Positions 62,129 to 64,000 of a DNA stretch of 64,000 nucleotides are shown here, piece after piece (positions within the stretch are counted from its first letter, which is position 1; each line of letters begins with the position of its first letter). The DNA comes from Chiloscyllium plagiosum. Its lineage: Eukaryota. The stretch is taken from assembly GCF_004010195.1 (NCBI RefSeq), contig NC_057718.1, positions 1,408,346-1,472,345 on the forward strand. Reading direction: 5' to 3'. The position numbers and the translations under genes are program-made. Below the pieces are notes generated by a model. That model had not been told where the DNA came from. It did not search any database and was given only the letters and a program-made list of their open reading frames with translations.

Positions 62129-63074
62129 GAGAAATACAACTATGTATGCTCATTGGCATTCCAATAAATCTGAGGGTTGAGTTTCACTTGACAAAGAAGA
62201 AAGCACTTTTAAAAAGGATGAAAAGCAAGAAACCACAGCGCTGATCTTTCTCGATGTCTGCAATGCTGCTATTGTACTGTCTGTCAGAAGGAGATTTCTG
62301 GATTCAACAGAGCAAGGAGCAGAGCTTTATATTTCCAGCCTTCTCCCTCCGCCTTCTTCTTTCTCCCTTCAAGGGCGTTATGATACCAGTGACACACTTA
62401 GACCAATTTCCAATCCTTTCACTCTCATAGATGCACAAATAATAGCTTTCAGTGCTCTATGGAAACGTAAGATGCATCACAATCTTTCAGTGACACAAAC
62501 TCCAATCTGGAACAACAACAATTAGTTTTTAACCATTTAATTTTACATCAGAGATTGTGAAGTATAGACAGTACTGATTCAATTAAATGTAAAATAACTA
62601 AGCAACTCAACATATACACAATAAAACAGTCTCCACTGCTGCACCATTTAAGTGTAAGTTATCAATCAATAACTTTAAAGGAAAAACAACAAAATAAAGC
62701 AATGATTAACCAATTCAGTCCTTCCAATTTCTCACTTCTTGCCAAAACGTTATTTATAAATAATGTATGATCAGAACCATACCTGATCTATGGTTCTACA
62801 GGGGGAGCTATTGATCTAAGAAACTCACTGAATACAACATTAATTTGAAGTCAGCTTCTATACTGTAAAAAGGTAAAGTTCTATGCATGAAATCCCAATG
62901 TCAGCAGGCCAGAATCTGTGATTACAAATGAATTGAAGGAATGATTTTTAACTTGTATGTTTTACTCCTCACAGATATGCAGCAGGCCTAATGCATGCTT
63001 GCAAAAAGAGAATATACAGATGAAAATGGGAGATTTCACAATGGAATGTGCACATAAAGCAAGGGTAACATCCC

Positions 63075-63835
63075 AATTAGATAAATGTGAGGTGCTGCAG
63101 TTTGGAAAGGCAAGTCAGGGCAGGATTTACACACTTAATGGAAAGATGCTGGGGAGTATTGCTGAACAAACAGACCTGGGAGTGCAGGTTCATAGTGCCT
63201 TGAAAGTGGAATCCCAGGTAGACAGGATAGCGAAGAAGGCATTTGGTATGCTTGCCTTTATTGGTCAGTGCATTGAGTATATAAGCTGGGAGGTCATGTT
63301 GCAACCTTACAGGACATTGGTTCAGCCCCTTTTGAAATACAGTGTTCAATTCTGGTCTCTCTGCTATAAAAAGGATGTTATGAAACTTGAAAGGGTTCGG
63401 AAAATATTTACAAGGATGTTGTTAGGATTAGAGGGTTTGAGCTATAGGGAGAGGCTGAATAGGCTGGGGTTATTTTCCCTGGAGTGTCAGAGATTGAAGA
63501 GTGACCTTACAGTGGTTTGTAAAATCACGAAGAGCATGGATAGCGTGAATTGCCATGGCCTTTTCCATGGGTTGGGGGAGTCCAAAACTAGAGGGAACTT
63601 GTTTAAGGTGAGAGGGGAAAGACTTAAAGAGGACCTAAGGGGCAACTTTTTCATGCAGAGGATGGTACAAGTATGGAATGGGCTGCCAGAGGAACTTCCT
63701 ATTCATATAACATTTAGAGGGATATGGGCCACATGCTGGCAAATTCAACTAGATCTACTTAGGATATATGGTAGGCATGGACGAGTTTGACCAAAGAGTT
63801 TGTTTCCACGCTATACAGCTCTATGGCTCTATGAC
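63075..63835 (+). mobile_element. CR1 ORF2 3' fragment
   Basis: ORF 62957..63790 DKCEVLQFG...LERVRKIFTRML...FFMQRMVQVWNGLP; CTCTATG tail. Confidence 0.9.
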
Positions 63836-64000
63836 TCCCAGCTAAAATCAGGCAGGAGCAGAAGGGACATACACTTTCCCTTGCAATGATTGGAAGAAAT
63901 CTGCTGTTTTCATCAAGAAGAAATGGTGGGATGTAGGCAAGGAGGTGAGCAGCTGGAGGATTGGCTAGAAATCATGCGCACTTATCAAAGAGAAGTACAT

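Noticed and set aside
62957..63790. 277-aa ORF as a host gene
   Set aside because: It is a CR1 ORF2 C-terminus fused to flanking sequence.

Overview
Vertebrate genomic DNA, very likely a cartilaginous fish (shark); this is inferred from the HE1/V-SINE, the dense CR1 LINEs and the Penelope-type repeats. The window is mostly intronic and repeat-rich, with five N-gaps. Seven consecutive coding exons of EFR3B lie on the minus strand (exons 2-8, 41750 down to 2014), with AG/GT boundaries and continuous phase. The EFR3B exon 7-8 intron contains a block (3733-20944) carrying four complete plus-strand ADCY3 exons and the gap-truncated tail of the preceding exon. That block is bounded by two gaps of exactly 500 N, so it is most likely a misplaced scaffolding contig and not a real nested gene. 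The rest is CR1 and other LINE debris (including one near full-length CR1), a Gypsy integrase fragment, LTR-like elements, SINEs, a TA-flanked MITE, minisatellites and a ~1.2-kb near-identical inverted duplication. The most interesting signal is about 20 short Penelope-like termini from at least four families. Most carry a minimal hammerhead-ribozyme motif with covarying stems; many are fold-back palindromes with their own target-site duplications, and two appear to have captured inverted flanking DNA. Hammerheads in Penelope elements are known, so any novelty lies in this short fold-back form. No tools were used: assignments rest on manual translation and recalled family features, and repeat boundaries are approximate.
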